In this document: positions 45,923 to 56,642 of the stretch, piece after piece
Layout of the letters: each line of letters starts with the position of its first letter
Numbering within the stretch: the first letter of the stretch is position 1
Assembly (NCBI GenBank): GCA_964394685.1
Contig: CAYMYO010000002.1
Location: 34,148 to 98,147, forward strand
DNA: 64,000 bases
Reading direction: 5' to 3'
DNA from: an uncultured Gammaproteobacteria bacterium
GTDB taxonomy: Bacteria > Patescibacteriota > Microgenomatia > UBA10105 > UBA927
Translations under genes and position numbers: made by a program
Notes under the pieces: generated by a model
Database searches by the model: none
What the model was told of the DNA's origin: nothing
Seen by the model: the letters and a program-made list of their open reading frames with translations, nothing else

Positions 45923-47578
45923 ATGAAACGTGTATGGTCATTCCTTTGGAATAAACAAGCTTCGATGCGGTCGGCCGTAACTGTTCTTATCATCATGGTG
46001 TTTGCATCTCGCGTACTCGGACTCCTTCGGGACAGAATGCTCGCTGCACGATTTTCTCCCGATGAACTTGGTGTGTATTTAGCGGCGTTTCGACTTCCTA
46101 ATCTTCTTTTTGAGCTTCTTGTCATGGGAGCCTTAACATCGGCATTTATTCCTGTATACACAAAATATATAACCCTTGGAAAACAAGAAGAGGCTTGGAG
46201 AATTTCAAATACCATTATTACTATTTCCTGTATTCTATTAGCGTTCATCGCAATACCAATTCTTATCTGGACCAAAGCAGTATCACATTTCATAGCCCCT
46301 GGTTTTTCAGATGCCCAGGTAATGCAAATGATAGGGTTTACCAGATTTATGGTAGTAGCCCAAGTATTTCCACTTCTTATAGGAAATTTTTTTACCGGTA
46401 TTTTACAATCACATAATTTATTTACCGTTCCGGCAATAGCGCCTGTTGTCTACAATATCGGAATTATTATTGCCATTGTTGTTTTTTCTTCAACAATGGG
46501 ATTATGGGCACCGGTTGTAGGAGTGGGCATTGGAGCAGTTCTTTTTATGTGTATTCAAATTCCGTCTCTTATTAAACTCGGGTACCGCAGTCGAATCGAT
46601 TTAGATATACATAATCAGGGCGTACGAGAAATTGGAAAACTCATGGTGCCAAGAACAATCGGTCTTGCTATATCACAAGTGGACACAACAGTCGATCTCA
46701 TATTATCAACCCTTCTTGGAGCGCGTATGGTAACCGTGTTTCATTTTGCGCAGCATTTACAGCAATTTCCCATTGCTCTTTTCGGAGCCACAGTTGCTCA
46801 AGCAGCATTTCCCTTGTTATCCCAGGCAAGCGCATCGGGAGATAAAGATAAATTTGCTAAAACGTTATACTCAGCACTCAATCAAATCATTTTTTTCATT
46901 ATGCCGGTATCAGTGTTGTTTATGGTACTTCGAATTCCCATTGTACGGCTTGTTTTTGGTGCGTCGCGATTTGATTGGCAGGCAACGGTGCTAACCGGTA
47001 TGACGTTATCCATGTTTGCCATTTCACTTTCAGCCCAAGCGGTATCACAACTTTTCACTCGGGGATTTTATGCGCTATATGACACAAAAACCCCAGTTAT
47101 TATTGGAGTTATTACCATTTTAATTAATACAGTTTGCAGTATCGTATTTGTACAAATATATAAGTTTCCTGTGTGGTCTTTGGGATTATCAACAACCATT
47201 GCAAGCATCATCAATGCGTCACTACTTGTTGTATATCTTGGAAAACGAATAGGCGCTAGTACTATGATACATATGTTTTATACACCTGTTAAAATTGTTA
47301 TTGCGTCACTTATAACAGGACTCGCTTTATATATTCCACTCAAATTATTTGATCAACTTGTTTTTGATACAACGAGAACATCGGGACTCCTCCTTCTAAC
47401 AGGAGCAGCGAGTTTGATTGGACTTATTGTTTATGTGTTTCTCGTTTGGGTACTTGATGTACGGGAGGTAAAAACATTTGTCAGTATGATTTCTCAAATA
47501 CGCCGGCCGAAACAAATTATTTTGGAATCCGCAAGTGAAGTTGTCGGCAACGGGGGACAAAACACCCCGATTTCGTAG
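45923..47578 (+). CDS. murJ: lipid II flippase MurJ
   Basis: VFASRVLGLLRDRMLAARFSPDELGVYLAAFRLPNLLFELLVMGALTSAFIPV matches the MurJ N-terminus; 14 TM helices; start uncertain (45896, 45923 or later). Confidence 0.75.
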   Translation: MKRVWSFLWNKQASMRSAVTVLIIMVFASRVLGLLRDRMLAARFSPDELGVYLAAFRLPNLLFELLVMGALTSAFIPVYTKYITLGKQEEAWRISNTIITISCILLAFIAIPILIWTKAVSHFIAPGFSDAQVMQMIGFTRFMVVAQVFPLLIGNFFTGILQSHNLFTVPAIAPVVYNIGIIIAIVVFSSTMGLWAPVVGVGIGAVLFMCIQIPSLIKLGYRSRIDLDIHNQGVREIGKLMVPRTIGLAISQVDTTVDLILSTLLGARMVTVFHFAQHLQQFPIALFGATVAQAAFPLLSQASASGDKDKFAKTLYSALNQIIFFIMPVSVLFMVLRIPIVRLVFGASRFDWQATVLTGMTLSMFAISLSAQAVSQLFTRGFYALYDTKTPVIIGVITILINTVCSIVFVQIYKFPVWSLGLSTTIASIINASLLVVYLGKRIGASTMIHMFYTPVKIVIASLITGLALYIPLKLFDQLVFDTTRTSGLLLLTGAASLIGLIVYVFLVWVLDVREVKTFVSMISQIRRPKQIILESASEVVGNGGQNTPIS

Positions 47579-47583
47579 AAAAA

Positions 47584-48987
47584 TTACTTTTTTGACAGCT
47601 CCAAGATGGCCATGCTTTGTGCCTGCATAAACACTTCTTTTGCGAGTGTGCCGCTTGCGACAGATTCATCTGATTGAATAGATCGTCCAAATAAGAACCG
47701 TTCTTTATATGTATACGCGCCATTGGGTAACCCTGTTATTGTGACGGGCACTTGTTCGCTATGTGTACCATTGGCATCAAAATTAACTAAGAATATACGG
47801 ATAACACCACCGCGTTTCGTTGCAAACGCCGTCACCCAAGATCCTTCTCCAGTAAGTTGTAATCGCTCTCCTTTCATTGCATCAATAAATGCATAGACGC
47901 TGTAACGCGGTTTTGCTTTTTTCCCGTTTGTTGAATGGGTAAATAAACCCCATCCAGACCCGTCTTCCTGGTTCGGCCCGTCAATAAGCTCAAAGGAAAA
48001 TAAATATGTTGGACCCCCTGAGATAAGCTGTCGAATAACGGCCGCGGTATGAGCAGCGCCAAAGGCGGTACCATACATTTTATTTTTTGCTCCGGTAAAT
48101 CCAAACTCAGTAATAAGCGTTGGCTTGAGGCTAAGTCCCGGATACGGTAGGAGCCATTTGACAAGATTATGCTGATCTGTCATATATCGTTTTGGATCTC
48201 CTAAATATGTATGCCAGGAAAAGAAATCTATCCGAGCGCCGGAATTAGCAAGGCCAATAATCCAATTTTTGTAGAGCCCTGTTGTCGATGGTCCGCCGAT
48301 ATAAAATGTATTCACATTAGCGGCTTGACCTGCTCCTTGTGCTGCATACCGATATAACGTAACGTAACTCTTTTCTCCACTCATTTTCCATTTTCCAAAT
48401 TGATCTAGATCAGGCTCGTTCCACACTTCGTAGTAGACGCCGTTGATATTCTTTTCTCCTTTTCCGCTATAGTGTTCAACAGTCCGTTTGACAACAGCCG
48501 CCCAATCATCCCAATTATTTGGCACATTAATAATCGAACCATCTTTTGCGATAACCGATGGCATAAAGGAAAGAGCAAGTAACGGTTTTGCACCTGTTGA
48601 CACAATGGTATTCACGATTTGGTCTAATTTGTCAAAGTTGTAGGAAAGGTTCCCACTGGACCCGGACACCACGTCAAAATGGTCATAGATATGGTCAATA
48701 CGAATAATCTCTGGTGATAGCGCCTTTGTTTCATTAATAACGGGCGCGATCATATCATTTGCTTCTTCTCCTCCTTGTGCAAATGCGTGGTAAAAATTCG
48801 TTGAAATGGATTCTAAAGGTACACTTGCATCAACAACAATATTTGCTTTTGTTCCCGATGCCTTGGTTGCAAGAGACATAATGCCTGCAATTCCCGCAAC
48901 CAGAAGCGGTGCGAAAATGACGAGCGCGATAATGATAACTACTTTTTTTATTGACGGGGGAGCTTTTTGTTGAATAAACATAGTCAT
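47584..48987 (-). CDS. membrane-anchored clan GH-A glycoside hydrolase (GH5/GH39-like)
   Basis: N-terminal TM; YYEVWNEPD (acid/base NEP) and LITEFGF (nucleophile TEF). Confidence 0.5.
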   Translation of the reverse strand: MTMFIQQKAPPSIKKVVIIIALVIFAPLLVAGIAGIMSLATKASGTKANIVVDASVPLESISTNFYHAFAQGGEEANDMIAPVINETKALSPEIIRIDHIYDHFDVVSGSSGNLSYNFDKLDQIVNTIVSTGAKPLLALSFMPSVIAKDGSIINVPNNWDDWAAVVKRTVEHYSGKGEKNINGVYYEVWNEPDLDQFGKWKMSGEKSYVTLYRYAAQGAGQAANVNTFYIGGPSTTGLYKNWIIGLANSGARIDFFSWHTYLGDPKRYMTDQHNLVKWLLPYPGLSLKPTLITEFGFTGAKNKMYGTAFGAAHTAAVIRQLISGGPTYLFSFELIDGPNQEDGSGWGLFTHSTNGKKAKPRYSVYAFIDAMKGERLQLTGEGSWVTAFATKRGGVIRIFLVNFDANGTHSEQVPVTITGLPNGAYTYKERFLFGRSIQSDESVASGTLAKEVFMQAQSMAILELSKK

Positions 48988-50015
48988 ATTCGTATCTGTG
49001 ATGTCTGGATCATCACGCCTCCTAGTAATAATAGTAGTGAAACACCAATAAGAACAATTGTATACGTAATAGTGCCGGAAATGGGCATCGTCTCTCCTGT
49101 TAGCTCTCCGTTTGCTGTGCTTGATACGGTAAATTCAGATGAGGTTGTATTTGCTGTTCCATCTGAATTTTGAGATGTGACGACGATCGTATGCGTCCCA
49201 TCAGTCAGTGGTTGAGTTGGTGTGTATTGATAATTCCCATTTGCATCAGTGGTAACCACAACAGTAATTGGGTCAGAGTGGATAACAATTGTTACTGTTG
49301 ATCCGGGAGGAGCAACTCCTTGAATAAGAGGAGCATTGGGAGAAACACCTGATTCGTCTTTTTGAATAGAAACCTGAATTGCAGACGAACTTGCTTGGGG
49401 TGTTGGAGATAGTTGAGGTATCGCTGTTGGAGTAATGATCACTGTTGGCGAAACTGCATTTGACACGGTTGGAACGACCTGTGCATCTTGACCCATAGAA
49501 ACAGTAACGGAAGCGGGGATACTGTTAGTGAGTACATTTGGATTATTTTCTCCGAGTCCAGAAACAAACGTAGTAGTATCAAATTTTACTTGAGTTGGCG
49601 CATCAGTTGCTCCCATTGCTTTAAAGCGAATAACTGCAATCGTACCAGTTCCTTTAATGGGTTTTGTTGTATTTTCAGCGCGTACGGTAATTGATGCCGT
49701 TCCTCCTCCAACAACTCCTGAAGCAGCTATTTTTGGCGCCAGTGGACCATTTGTGATGCTGAGAGCCTCTAATTTTGTTGCGTCATAGATAAGATGAAGT
49801 TCTGCCATTGCGACATTATTAGCCGCTGTATCAATCTGTACATCAAATGAGAAAATATCACCTTTGGTTTTTGTCGTAGTACTTGGATTTAGCGCAAGAA
49901 CTGTTGCTGGAGCAGCACGACTCCGAAGTTCTTGTTGTTGTCCAACCATATATACCGTGATAGGAACAACAGTAAGAATAATAAGAAGAATGATAAAAAA
50001 GACGACTTTTTTCAT
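48984..50015 (-). CDS. surface protein with cohesin-like/Ig-like domains and a C-terminal TM anchor
   Basis: Signal/TM at the N-terminus, beta-rich T/S/V-rich domains, C-terminal hydrophobic segment IVLIGVSLLLLLGGVMI. Confidence 0.45.
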   Translation of the reverse strand: MKKVVFFIILLIILTVVPITVYMVGQQQELRSRAAPATVLALNPSTTTKTKGDIFSFDVQIDTAANNVAMAELHLIYDATKLEALSITNGPLAPKIAASGVVGGGTASITVRAENTTKPIKGTGTIAVIRFKAMGATDAPTQVKFDTTTFVSGLGENNPNVLTNSIPASVTVSMGQDAQVVPTVSNAVSPTVIITPTAIPQLSPTPQASSSAIQVSIQKDESGVSPNAPLIQGVAPPGSTVTIVIHSDPITVVVTTDANGNYQYTPTQPLTDGTHTIVVTSQNSDGTANTTSSEFTVSSTANGELTGETMPISGTITYTIVLIGVSLLLLLGGVMIQTSQIRI

Positions 50016-50061
50016 CCTATAACCAGTATGAAGTATTGACGCAGAAAATTACAATAGGGTC

Positions 50062-50098
50062 TTGACATGAATTAGCACTCGTTATATATTACTGCTAA
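50062..50098 (+). promoter_or_regulatory. sigma-70-like -35 (TTGACA) overlapping a CIRCE operator upstream of hrcA
   Basis: TTAGCACTC-gttatatat-TACTGCTAA against the CIRCE consensus TTAGCACTC-N9-GAGTGCTAA: left arm perfect, right arm 7 of 9. Confidence 0.7.
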
Positions 50099-50099
50099 T

Positions 50100-50834
50100 A
50101 TGGAAACAACATTTGATCTTACTCCAAGACAAGTTGCAATCTTGAAATCCATTATTGAGGAATTTATAACAACTGCAGAAGGGGTCGGTTCCGAAACGCT
50201 GGACAAGAAATATAATCTCGGTGTTTCGCCAGCAACAATTAGAAATGAAATGGTGAGACTAACCGATATGAAACTTCTCAAACAGTCGCATACGTCAGCT
50301 GGTCGTGCACCAACACCGGCAGCCTTAAAGTTTTATGTAGAACATCTCATGAAGCAAAAAGAAATGTCAGTTGCTGAAGAGATGTCAGTGAAAGAGAAAA
50401 TTTGGGATTATCGGCAGGAAGTGGATAAGCTGCTGCGCGAGGCAACGAAAACCCTCGCTGACAGCACAAAAACACTGGCAATTACTGCTACAAAAGATGG
50501 AGATCTCTATTTCGCGGGTGCTGCCAATATTCTCGATATGCCGGAATTTTTTGATTATGAACTCACTCACGCGCTTTTTGCAGCGCTTGACCGATTTGAT
50601 TTTTGGTGGGAACTCTTGGCTCGTGAAAGCGGACCATTTGAAATTCTCATTGGAGAAGATTTGGGAGATCGCGGCGTATTATCCCAATGTGGATATGTGT
50701 ATCATAAATTCGAAACCCCGCACGTGTCAGGAGCAATCGGCATTGTTGGTCCGTCACGCTTAAATTATCCACGGCTTATCCCCATGGTGCGCTATATGGG
50801 CGGATTAATTCATGAATTTGGGAGTAATTGGTAA
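50100..50834 (+). CDS. hrcA: heat-inducible transcription repressor HrcA (short form)
   Basis: LTPRQVAILKSIIEEF...VGSETL...SPATIRNEM...HTSAGRAPT matches HrcA. Confidence 0.75.
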   Translation: METTFDLTPRQVAILKSIIEEFITTAEGVGSETLDKKYNLGVSPATIRNEMVRLTDMKLLKQSHTSAGRAPTPAALKFYVEHLMKQKEMSVAEEMSVKEKIWDYRQEVDKLLREATKTLADSTKTLAITATKDGDLYFAGAANILDMPEFFDYELTHALFAALDRFDFWWELLARESGPFEILIGEDLGDRGVLSQCGYVYHKFETPHVSGAIGIVGPSRLNYPRLIPMVRYMGGLIHEFGSNW

Positions 50835-51286
50835 CTATGAAACAAACGAAAATGCAATCACCTATTATTATTGATGACGAGTGGAAAAACAAATATTTGC
50901 GGGCACTTGCAGATTATCAAAATCTTGTGAAACGGACTGAACAAGATGTATTTGATGTGCGTCTGTATGCAACAGAGCAATTTTTAAAAAAATTATTGCC
51001 TGTTGTTGATACGCTTGAACTTGTCGAGCATCATGTGCACAAAGAGGGACTTGCACTTGCAATGAAAGAATTACACGCAGTGTTAAACACGTATGGAGTT
51101 GAAAAAATTGATGTTGCGGGTAAACCATTTGATCCGCATATCATGGAATGTATAGAAGTTGTTGACGGAGAAAAGGATCATGTAATGAAAGTTTTGACAG
51201 ACGGGTACCGGATGCATGATAAATTGCTAAGACCATCAAAAGTACAAGTAGGTGGAGGTATAAAGGAGGAAGTATGTCTAAAATAA
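50828..51286 (+). CDS. grpE: nucleotide exchange factor GrpE
   Basis: [13 protein letters not shown]...LLPVVDTLE...[17 protein letters not shown]. Confidence 0.8.
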   Translation: MVTMKQTKMQSPIIIDDEWKNKYLRALADYQNLVKRTEQDVFDVRLYATEQFLKKLLPVVDTLELVEHHVHKEGLALAMKELHAVLNTYGVEKIDVAGKPFDPHIMECIEVVDGEKDHVMKVLTDGYRMHDKLLRPSKVQVGGGIKEEVCLK

Positions 51287-53163
51287 TTGGTATTGATTTG
51301 GGTACAACGAACTCTTGTGTTGCCATCATGGAAGGCGGCAGCCCGAAAGTCATCTATTCAGCGGAAGGAAGAAATGTTTTTCCTTCTGTCGTTGACCCAA
51401 TTAAAAATATTGTCGGAGATGTTGCGAAGCGGCAGATGGTGATCCATGCAAAATCGACCGTGTATTCCGTCAAACGTCTCATGGGAAGAAAATACAGTGA
51501 TAAAAGCGTCGAGCTCGACAAAAAATTGCTTCCATATGAAATAAAGAGCGGAAAAAACGACATGGCGGTCGTTGTCGTTGAAGGAAAAGAATTCACTCCT
51601 CAGGAAATTTCTGCAAAAATACTATCTAAAATAAAGACAGATGTTGAAAAATATCTTGGAGAATCGGTCAAGCAAGCAGTAATAACCGTTCCAGCGTACT
51701 TTGACGATAGCCAGAGACAAGCAACCAAACAAGCAGGAGAAATAGCTGGTCTTGAAGTCATGCGTATCTTAAATGAACCAACCGCTGCAGCGCTTGCCTA
51801 TGGACTGGATAAGAAAAATGCCCATACCATTGCTGTTTATGATCTTGGCGGAGGAACATTTGACATATCCATCCTCGAGCTTGATCTTGATGAAAAGTCA
51901 GGCGTCTATACCGTAAAAGCAACAAATGGTGACACACACTTGGGTGGAGATGATTTCGATAAACGGATTCTTGATTATTTAGCTGATGAATTTAAAAAAG
52001 AACACGGGGTAGATTTACGGAAAGACCCTCAGGCACTGCAGCGGATCCGTGATGCAGCTGAAAAATCAAAAATAGAACTGTCAAGTTCCATGGAAGCAGA
52101 AATTAACCTTCCATTTATCACCCAAGGGAAAGACGGTCCGGTGCATTTGGTTACAAAATTAACGCGAGCAAAACTGGAATCACTTGTTGGAGATCTTATC
52201 GAAAAATCCATTGAGCCGGTGAAAAAATGTTTGAGTGACGCCAAAAAAACAGTCAAGGATATCGATGAAGTGGTGCTTGTTGGTGGAATGACCAGAATGC
52301 CAAAGGTTGTGGAAGTAGTAAAGAACTTCTTTGGCAAACAACCCAATCAGTCTGTCAATCCAGATGAGGTGGTAGCAATTGGAGCTGCTGTCCAAGCTGG
52401 TGTTCTTGCTGGAGATACGAGTTATAAAGATATTGTCCTCGTAGACGTAACACCACTCACTCTTGGACTCGAAACGCTTGGAGCCGTATCAACACCGCTT
52501 ATTCAAAGGAATACCAGTGTACCAACAAGTAAAACTGAAATATTTTCAACAGCTGCTGACAACCAAACATCTGTTGAAATTAATGTCCTTCAAGGAGAAC
52601 GGGCAATGGCAGCGGATAATAAATCGCTCGGTCGATTTATTCTTTCCGGTATTCCGCCGGCGCCGCGAGGCGTCCCGCAAATTGAAGTGACATTTGATAT
52701 CGACGCCAACGGGATTCTGAACGTTGCAGCAAAAGATAAAGCAACGGGAAAAGTAAGTACCATTAAAATCACCGGTTCTACGGGACTTTCCAAAGATGAA
52801 GTGGAGAAGATGAAAAAGGAAGCAGAGGAACATGCAGCAGAAGATTCTGAAAAGAAAGACAAAATTGAAGCAAAAAATAAAGCGGAAAATCTCATCTATG
52901 TAGCGGAAAAAACCATCAAAGATGCGGGTGATAAAGCAAAAGCAGAAGATAAAACCACTATTGAAGAAAAGATAAAGGCACTGAAAGATATTCTTGAGAC
53001 AGGTAGTAAAGAAGATTTGGAAACAAAAACCAGTGAACTCTCTGATGTAGTCCAAAAAGTGGGAGCCGCTATGTATCAAGGCCAAACACCACCGACTGAA
53101 GAGCCAAAAGCAGAAGAAAAAAAGGACGACAAAAAAGTACAAGAGGGAGAAGTGGTTAGCTAA
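51274..53163 (+). CDS. dnaK: chaperone DnaK (Hsp70)
   Basis: [37 protein letters not shown]. Confidence 0.95.
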   Translation: MSKIIGIDLGTTNSCVAIMEGGSPKVIYSAEGRNVFPSVVDPIKNIVGDVAKRQMVIHAKSTVYSVKRLMGRKYSDKSVELDKKLLPYEIKSGKNDMAVVVVEGKEFTPQEISAKILSKIKTDVEKYLGESVKQAVITVPAYFDDSQRQATKQAGEIAGLEVMRILNEPTAAALAYGLDKKNAHTIAVYDLGGGTFDISILELDLDEKSGVYTVKATNGDTHLGGDDFDKRILDYLADEFKKEHGVDLRKDPQALQRIRDAAEKSKIELSSSMEAEINLPFITQGKDGPVHLVTKLTRAKLESLVGDLIEKSIEPVKKCLSDAKKTVKDIDEVVLVGGMTRMPKVVEVVKNFFGKQPNQSVNPDEVVAIGAAVQAGVLAGDTSYKDIVLVDVTPLTLGLETLGAVSTPLIQRNTSVPTSKTEIFSTAADNQTSVEINVLQGERAMAADNKSLGRFILSGIPPAPRGVPQIEVTFDIDANGILNVAAKDKATGKVSTIKITGSTGLSKDEVEKMKKEAEEHAAEDSEKKDKIEAKNKAENLIYVAEKTIKDAGDKAKAEDKTTIEEKIKALKDILETGSKEDLETKTSELSDVVQKVGAAMYQGQTPPTEEPKAEEKKDDKKVQEGEVVS

Positions 53164-54047
53164 TGGCTACAAAAAGAGATTATTACGAAATCCTCGGTGT
53201 TTCAAAATCCGCTGGTGATGTGGAGATTAAACGTGCATATCGGAAACTTGCATTGGAGTGGCATCCGGACAGAAATAAAGCAGCACATGCAAATGAAAAG
53301 TTTAAGGAAATCAACGAAGCCTACGCGGTTCTTTCAGATAAAAGCAAACGAGAAACTTATGAACAATTTGGTCATACCGCCTTCGCCCCCGGTGGGGGCT
53401 ACGGGGCACGCGGCAGCGCAGGACAAGGGCCATTTACTTATTCTTATTCATCCAGTGGAGGAAGTCCATTTGGGAATGATTTTATTGACCCATTTGAAAT
53501 ATTTGAGCAATTTTTTTCGTCCAACGGACGACCAGCCTCTGGCTGGGGCGGTCGCGCTCGCAGCCATCCAGCGTATGAAATTACCATTGATTTTATGGAT
53601 GCGGTACATGGAGTAACAAAGGAAGTTATGGTTCCAAGAGGGGGAGCCGGCGAAGGGTCAGAAAGAAAAACAATCAAAATCCCAGCAGGTGTTGATACCG
53701 GATCACGCATTCGATTTGATGATTTTGACATTGTCATTGAAGTCAAACCCAATCGGCTATTCCTGCGGGAAGGGGACGATGTCATTGTTACCCACGAAAT
53801 CCCGTTTGTACGGGCAGTGATAGGGGGAATAGAAGAAGTGGAAACAATTGATAAACCCGTAAAAATCAGAATTCCGGCTGGCACGCAGCCAGGCACACTC
53901 ATCCGTCTTCGCGGTCAAGGAGTACCGCATGTTCGAGGCGGCGGTCGGGGAGATGCGTATATCAAAATACAACTGAAAATTCCGACCCATGTCACCCATG
54001 AACAACGGAAACTGTTGGAAAAATTAGACAAAACGATGCAACATTGA
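53163..54047 (+). CDS. dnaJ: J-domain co-chaperone DnaJ lacking the zinc-finger repeats (class B-like)
   Basis: J domain DYYEILGVSKSA...HPDRN, G/F-rich linker, C-terminal beta domains; no CxxCxGxG repeats. Confidence 0.85.
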   Translation: MATKRDYYEILGVSKSAGDVEIKRAYRKLALEWHPDRNKAAHANEKFKEINEAYAVLSDKSKRETYEQFGHTAFAPGGGYGARGSAGQGPFTYSYSSSGGSPFGNDFIDPFEIFEQFFSSNGRPASGWGGRARSHPAYEITIDFMDAVHGVTKEVMVPRGGAGEGSERKTIKIPAGVDTGSRIRFDDFDIVIEVKPNRLFLREGDDVIVTHEIPFVRAVIGGIEEVETIDKPVKIRIPAGTQPGTLIRLRGQGVPHVRGGGRGDAYIKIQLKIPTHVTHEQRKLLEKLDKTMQH

Positions 54048-54097
54048 CGTGGTAGGCTCAAATCAGTATAATAGAAGTATTGTAGTAGCAAGGGAGG

Positions 54098-54128
54098 TGG
54101 GTAAGTAACCCGCCTTTTTTTATAAAAA
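54098..54128 (+). terminator. rho-independent terminator after dnaJ
   Basis: aGGTGGGTaagtaACCCGCCttttttt. Confidence 0.7.
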
Positions 54129-54137
54129 GAGGAATAT

Positions 54138-55151
54138 ATGCCGGCAACAGTCAGAAGCGAATTTTCACTTGCACTTAACCAAGTAGCAACAGAACGGGGA
54201 CTTGATCCAAAAATAGTCCTTGAGACCATTCAAGCAGCTATCCTTGCTGCGTATCGAAAAGACTATCCAACAGATGAAGTTGATACCCTAACTGCATCTG
54301 TTGATCCTGACACTGGGGAAGCAAAAATTGTCAAAGAAGGAAAAGACGTCACTCCTTCGGGATTTGGCCGTATTGCAGCGCAAACTGCAAAACAAGTTAT
54401 CCTTCAACGGATCCGCGAAGAAGAAAAACAAGCAGTACTAACGGATTATCAAACAAAAATTGGCATGATTGTTCCGGGAATGGTGCTTCGTTTTGATGGC
54501 CCTAACATCATTGTGGATATTGGTCGAACGCAGGCGGTCATGCCGGTATCTGAGCAAAATCCGGGTGAACGGTATCATTTAAATGGGCGGCTCACGTTTT
54601 ACATTGAAGGAATTCGGGAAACTCCCCGAGGAAATGAAATTATTGTCTCACGCAGCCATAAGGGACTTGTTGAAAGACTATTTCATCGGGAAGTGCCGGA
54701 AGTTGCCCAAGGAGCAGTTGAACTACGAATAGTTGTGAGAGAGGCAGGAGGAAGAACAAAAATAGCGGTATTTTCTAAACAATCAGGCGTTGACCCTGTT
54801 GGATCTTGTGTCGGGCAAAAAGGTGTTCGGGTAACAGCAGTTATTAATGAACTCGGAGGAAATGAAAAAGTAGATATCATCCAATGGAGTGATCAGCCAA
54901 AGGCATTTATTACGGCAGCTCTAGCGCCAGCAAAAGATATTGATGTAGCGCTCAATGAAGAAACGAAAATCGCAACCGTTACGGTTCCTGAAGACCAATT
55001 ATCTCTTGCTATTGGAAGAGATGGTCAAAATGTACGGCTTGCTGCAAAATTAACCGGTTGGAAAATAGATATTCAGGGGAAACCGGTCGTTGTTAAAGAG
55101 GAAAAAACTGAAACGCCAAAAACAGAAGTAGTTCCTGAAGTCCATGCATGA
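54138..55151 (+). CDS. nusA: transcription termination/antitermination factor NusA
   Basis: N-terminal domain, S1 domain (GMIVPGMVLRFDG...IVDIG), KH domains (GVDPVGSCVGQKGVRV). Confidence 0.85.
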   Translation: MPATVRSEFSLALNQVATERGLDPKIVLETIQAAILAAYRKDYPTDEVDTLTASVDPDTGEAKIVKEGKDVTPSGFGRIAAQTAKQVILQRIREEEKQAVLTDYQTKIGMIVPGMVLRFDGPNIIVDIGRTQAVMPVSEQNPGERYHLNGRLTFYIEGIRETPRGNEIIVSRSHKGLVERLFHREVPEVAQGAVELRIVVREAGGRTKIAVFSKQSGVDPVGSCVGQKGVRVTAVINELGGNEKVDIIQWSDQPKAFITAALAPAKDIDVALNEETKIATVTVPEDQLSLAIGRDGQNVRLAAKLTGWKIDIQGKPVVVKEEKTETPKTEVVPEVHA

Positions 55152-56605
55152 AAAAAAGTCAGAAGAAATCAGAAATGTCTGTAGCACGTCCGCCGATAGT
55201 TGCGGTCTTAGGTCATGTTGACCACGGAAAAACATCCCTTCTTGATTACATAAGAAAAACCCAAGTAGCTAGCCGTGAACACGGAGGAATAACTCAACAC
55301 ATTGGTGCATATCAGATTCCAGGCATTACCTTCATCGATACTCCCGGCCACGAAGCATTTGCAAAAATGCGTACCCGCGGCGCATCAGCGTCAGATATCG
55401 CCCTTCTTGTGGTAGCAGCTGATGATGGCGTGATGCCGCAAACAAAAGAATCCATCCGGATGATAACGGAAGCGGGAGTACCCATGATTGTTGTTATTAA
55501 TAAAATCGACATGGAGACAGCAAATGTCGATAAAGTCAAAAAAGATTTAGCCCGAGCCGGTGTTCAGGTGGAAGGATTCGGAGGAACAATTCCGTTTGTG
55601 TTGGTATCCGCTAAAACCGGTGCAGGAGTAAAAGATCTTCTTGAGATCATTAAACTTGTAGCTGATGAAAAGAAACTATCCAATGAGCCAATAGCTCCTC
55701 TTGAAGCAGTGGTCATTGAAACCAGAATTGATAAAGGAAAGGGACTCGTTGCAACAGTCATTGTGAAAAAAGGAACACTTCGGTTTGGAACGACACTCTA
55801 TAACGGAGTCCAACCAATAGCGAAAGTTCGGGCCATGTTTGATGAAGCAGGAGTTGGTGTATCAGAAGCTCCTCCTTCAAAACCCGTGGAAGTATTGGGA
55901 TTTACGAAACTTCCACAGGTGGGAACCAGTATCACCGACGTCATCCAACAAGAAGCAGTATTGCCGGAACAAGCTGTTCCACTTTCGCAAGAACAAACCG
56001 TGCAACAATTCCTTTCCACAATGGAACAAAAGAAAAAATTAGCAATTATTATCAAAGCAGACACATTCGGGTCTCTTGAGGCCATTTTAGAAGCACTCGG
56101 AGCGGATGTAGACATTGTGACAGCGGGTGTTGGTGATATTGCTGATCAGGATATACTCCTTGCTAAGTCTACAGGCGCGTTTATAATTGGCTTTAATGTC
56201 AAACTCAAACAGGAAATTCAGAAACTCGCGCAAATCGAAGGAGTGGTCACGCGGACATACACCATTATTTATGAACTATTGGACGAGCTTCGTGATGTGA
56301 TTGCAGGAGCAATGGAAGTCATCATGCAGGAACGGGAACTGGGAAAAGGAACGGTGATTGCTGAATTTCCTTTTGACGGGAAACGGATTGCCGGCACAAA
56401 AGTCATCTCAGGCAGAATTGCCCGCGGAGATCAGGTGAAGATTATGCGTAAAGAAGAAGAAGTGGGCATTGCAAAAATTAAGTCTGTCCGAAAAGGAAAG
56501 CTAGAGGAAACAAAAATCGAACCAGGGAACGATTGCGGTATTTTATTTGACCGTGACGTTGCGTTTGCCATAGGTGATGATATAATCGCATTCACCAACC
56601 GATGA
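55148..56605 (+). CDS. infB: translation initiation factor IF-2 (reduced form lacking N-terminal domains)
   Basis: G domain VAVLGHVDHGKTSLLD, DTPGHEAF, NKID; C-terminal beta-barrel domains. Confidence 0.85.
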   Translation: MKKSQKKSEMSVARPPIVAVLGHVDHGKTSLLDYIRKTQVASREHGGITQHIGAYQIPGITFIDTPGHEAFAKMRTRGASASDIALLVVAADDGVMPQTKESIRMITEAGVPMIVVINKIDMETANVDKVKKDLARAGVQVEGFGGTIPFVLVSAKTGAGVKDLLEIIKLVADEKKLSNEPIAPLEAVVIETRIDKGKGLVATVIVKKGTLRFGTTLYNGVQPIAKVRAMFDEAGVGVSEAPPSKPVEVLGFTKLPQVGTSITDVIQQEAVLPEQAVPLSQEQTVQQFLSTMEQKKKLAIIIKADTFGSLEAILEALGADVDIVTAGVGDIADQDILLAKSTGAFIIGFNVKLKQEIQKLAQIEGVVTRTYTIIYELLDELRDVIAGAMEVIMQERELGKGTVIAEFPFDGKRIAGTKVISGRIARGDQVKIMRKEEEVGIAKIKSVRKGKLEETKIEPGNDCGILFDRDVAFAIGDDIIAFTNR

Positions 56606-56607
56606 AT

Positions 56608-56621
56608 CCGCCAGCTGGCGG
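56608..56621. repeat. GC palindrome type A (CCGCCAGCTGGCGG), intergenic copy after infB
   Basis: Perfect palindrome 2 bp after the infB stop; no T run. Confidence 0.5.
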
Positions 56622-56642
56622 ACTGCCTCCAATAAATATTGT

